Below, in pieces: positions 63,503 through 64,000 of a stretch of DNA of 64,000 nucleotides. Under the pieces are notes generated by a model. The model had not been told where the DNA came from. It saw nothing but the letters and a program-made list of their open reading frames with translations, and ran no database searches. Each line of letters opens with the position of its first letter. Positions within the stretch are counted from its first letter, which is position 1. Source of the stretch: Mobula hypostoma. Taxonomy: Eukaryota. The stretch spans positions 9,486,001-9,550,000 of the forward strand of contig NC_086097.1 in assembly GCF_963921235.1 (NCBI RefSeq). The letters are read 5' to 3'. Position numbers and translations under genes: made by a program.

Positions 63503-64000
63503 CACAGGTATATTAAGAACAAAAGGATTGTAAGGGATAAAATTGGTCCTCTTGAAGATCAGAGTGGTCAGCTATGTGCGGAACCAAAGGAAATGGGGGA
63601 GATCTTAAATAGATTTTTTGCATCTGTATTTACTAAGGAAACTGGCATGAAGTCTATGGAATTAAGGGAAACAAGTAGTGAGATCATGGAAACTGTACAG
63701 ATCGAAAAGGAGGAGGTCCTTGCTGTCTTGAGGAAAATTAAAGTGGATAAATCCCCGGGACCTGGCAGGGTGTTCCCTCGGACCTTGAAGGAGACTAGTG
63801 TTGAAATTGCAAGGACCCTGGCAGAAATATTTACGATGTCGTTGTCTACAAGCGAGGTGCCGGAGGATTGGAGAGTGGCTCATGTTGTTCCATTGTTTAA
63901 AAAAGGATCGAAAAGTAATCTGGGAAATTATAGGCCAGTAAGTTTAACGTCGGTAGTAGGTAAGTTATTGGAGGGAGTACTAAGAGACAGAATCTACAAG
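63503..64000 (+). mobile_element. Young CR1 LINE ORF2 (open to the window end), directly after an older CR1 3' fragment at 63240-63500
   Basis: Uninterrupted frame RYIKNKRIVRDKIGPL..FFASVFTKE..VDKSPGPGRVFPR..VPEDWRVAHVVPLFKKG..NYRPVSLTSVVGKLLEG. Confidence 0.92.

Noticed and set aside
1..64000. Prokaryotic-type systems (retron, DGR, CRISPR, defence operon) suggested by the many RT motifs
   Set aside because: All RT and nuclease motifs belong to eukaryotic retroelements, are fragmented and show no operon structure.

Overview
Vertebrate nuclear DNA, almost certainly from a cartilaginous fish (shark or ray). This is inferred from the repeat repertoire: dense CR1 LINEs, HE1/V-SINE-like SINEs, Rex1/Babar, R4-clade and RTE fragments, and Neptune-type Penelope-like elements. 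I can support no host protein-coding exon; essentially every recognisable ORF is a transposon remnant or its antisense, so this looks intergenic or intronic. Main contents: (1) about a dozen Penelope-like (GIY-YIG) insertions. Several are fold-back structures with 13-14 bp target-site duplications and a constant unpaired 3' tail of about 34-35 nt. They carry minimal type-I hammerhead ribozyme cores (six intact), and one is a non-coding 226-bp element with perfect 94-bp arms. (2) A Gypsy LTR element with gag, protease and integrase but no RT/RNase H. (3) Two solo LTRs of about 865 bp from one family. (4) Two R4-clade elements, a Chapaev-like DNA transposon remnant and two hAT-type MITEs. (5) A CR1 subfamily with a doubled endonuclease N-terminus, and multi-layer nested insertions. 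A few repeat-free islands are candidate conserved non-coding elements. Family names come from motif recognition, not database searches, and boundaries of degraded elements are approximate.
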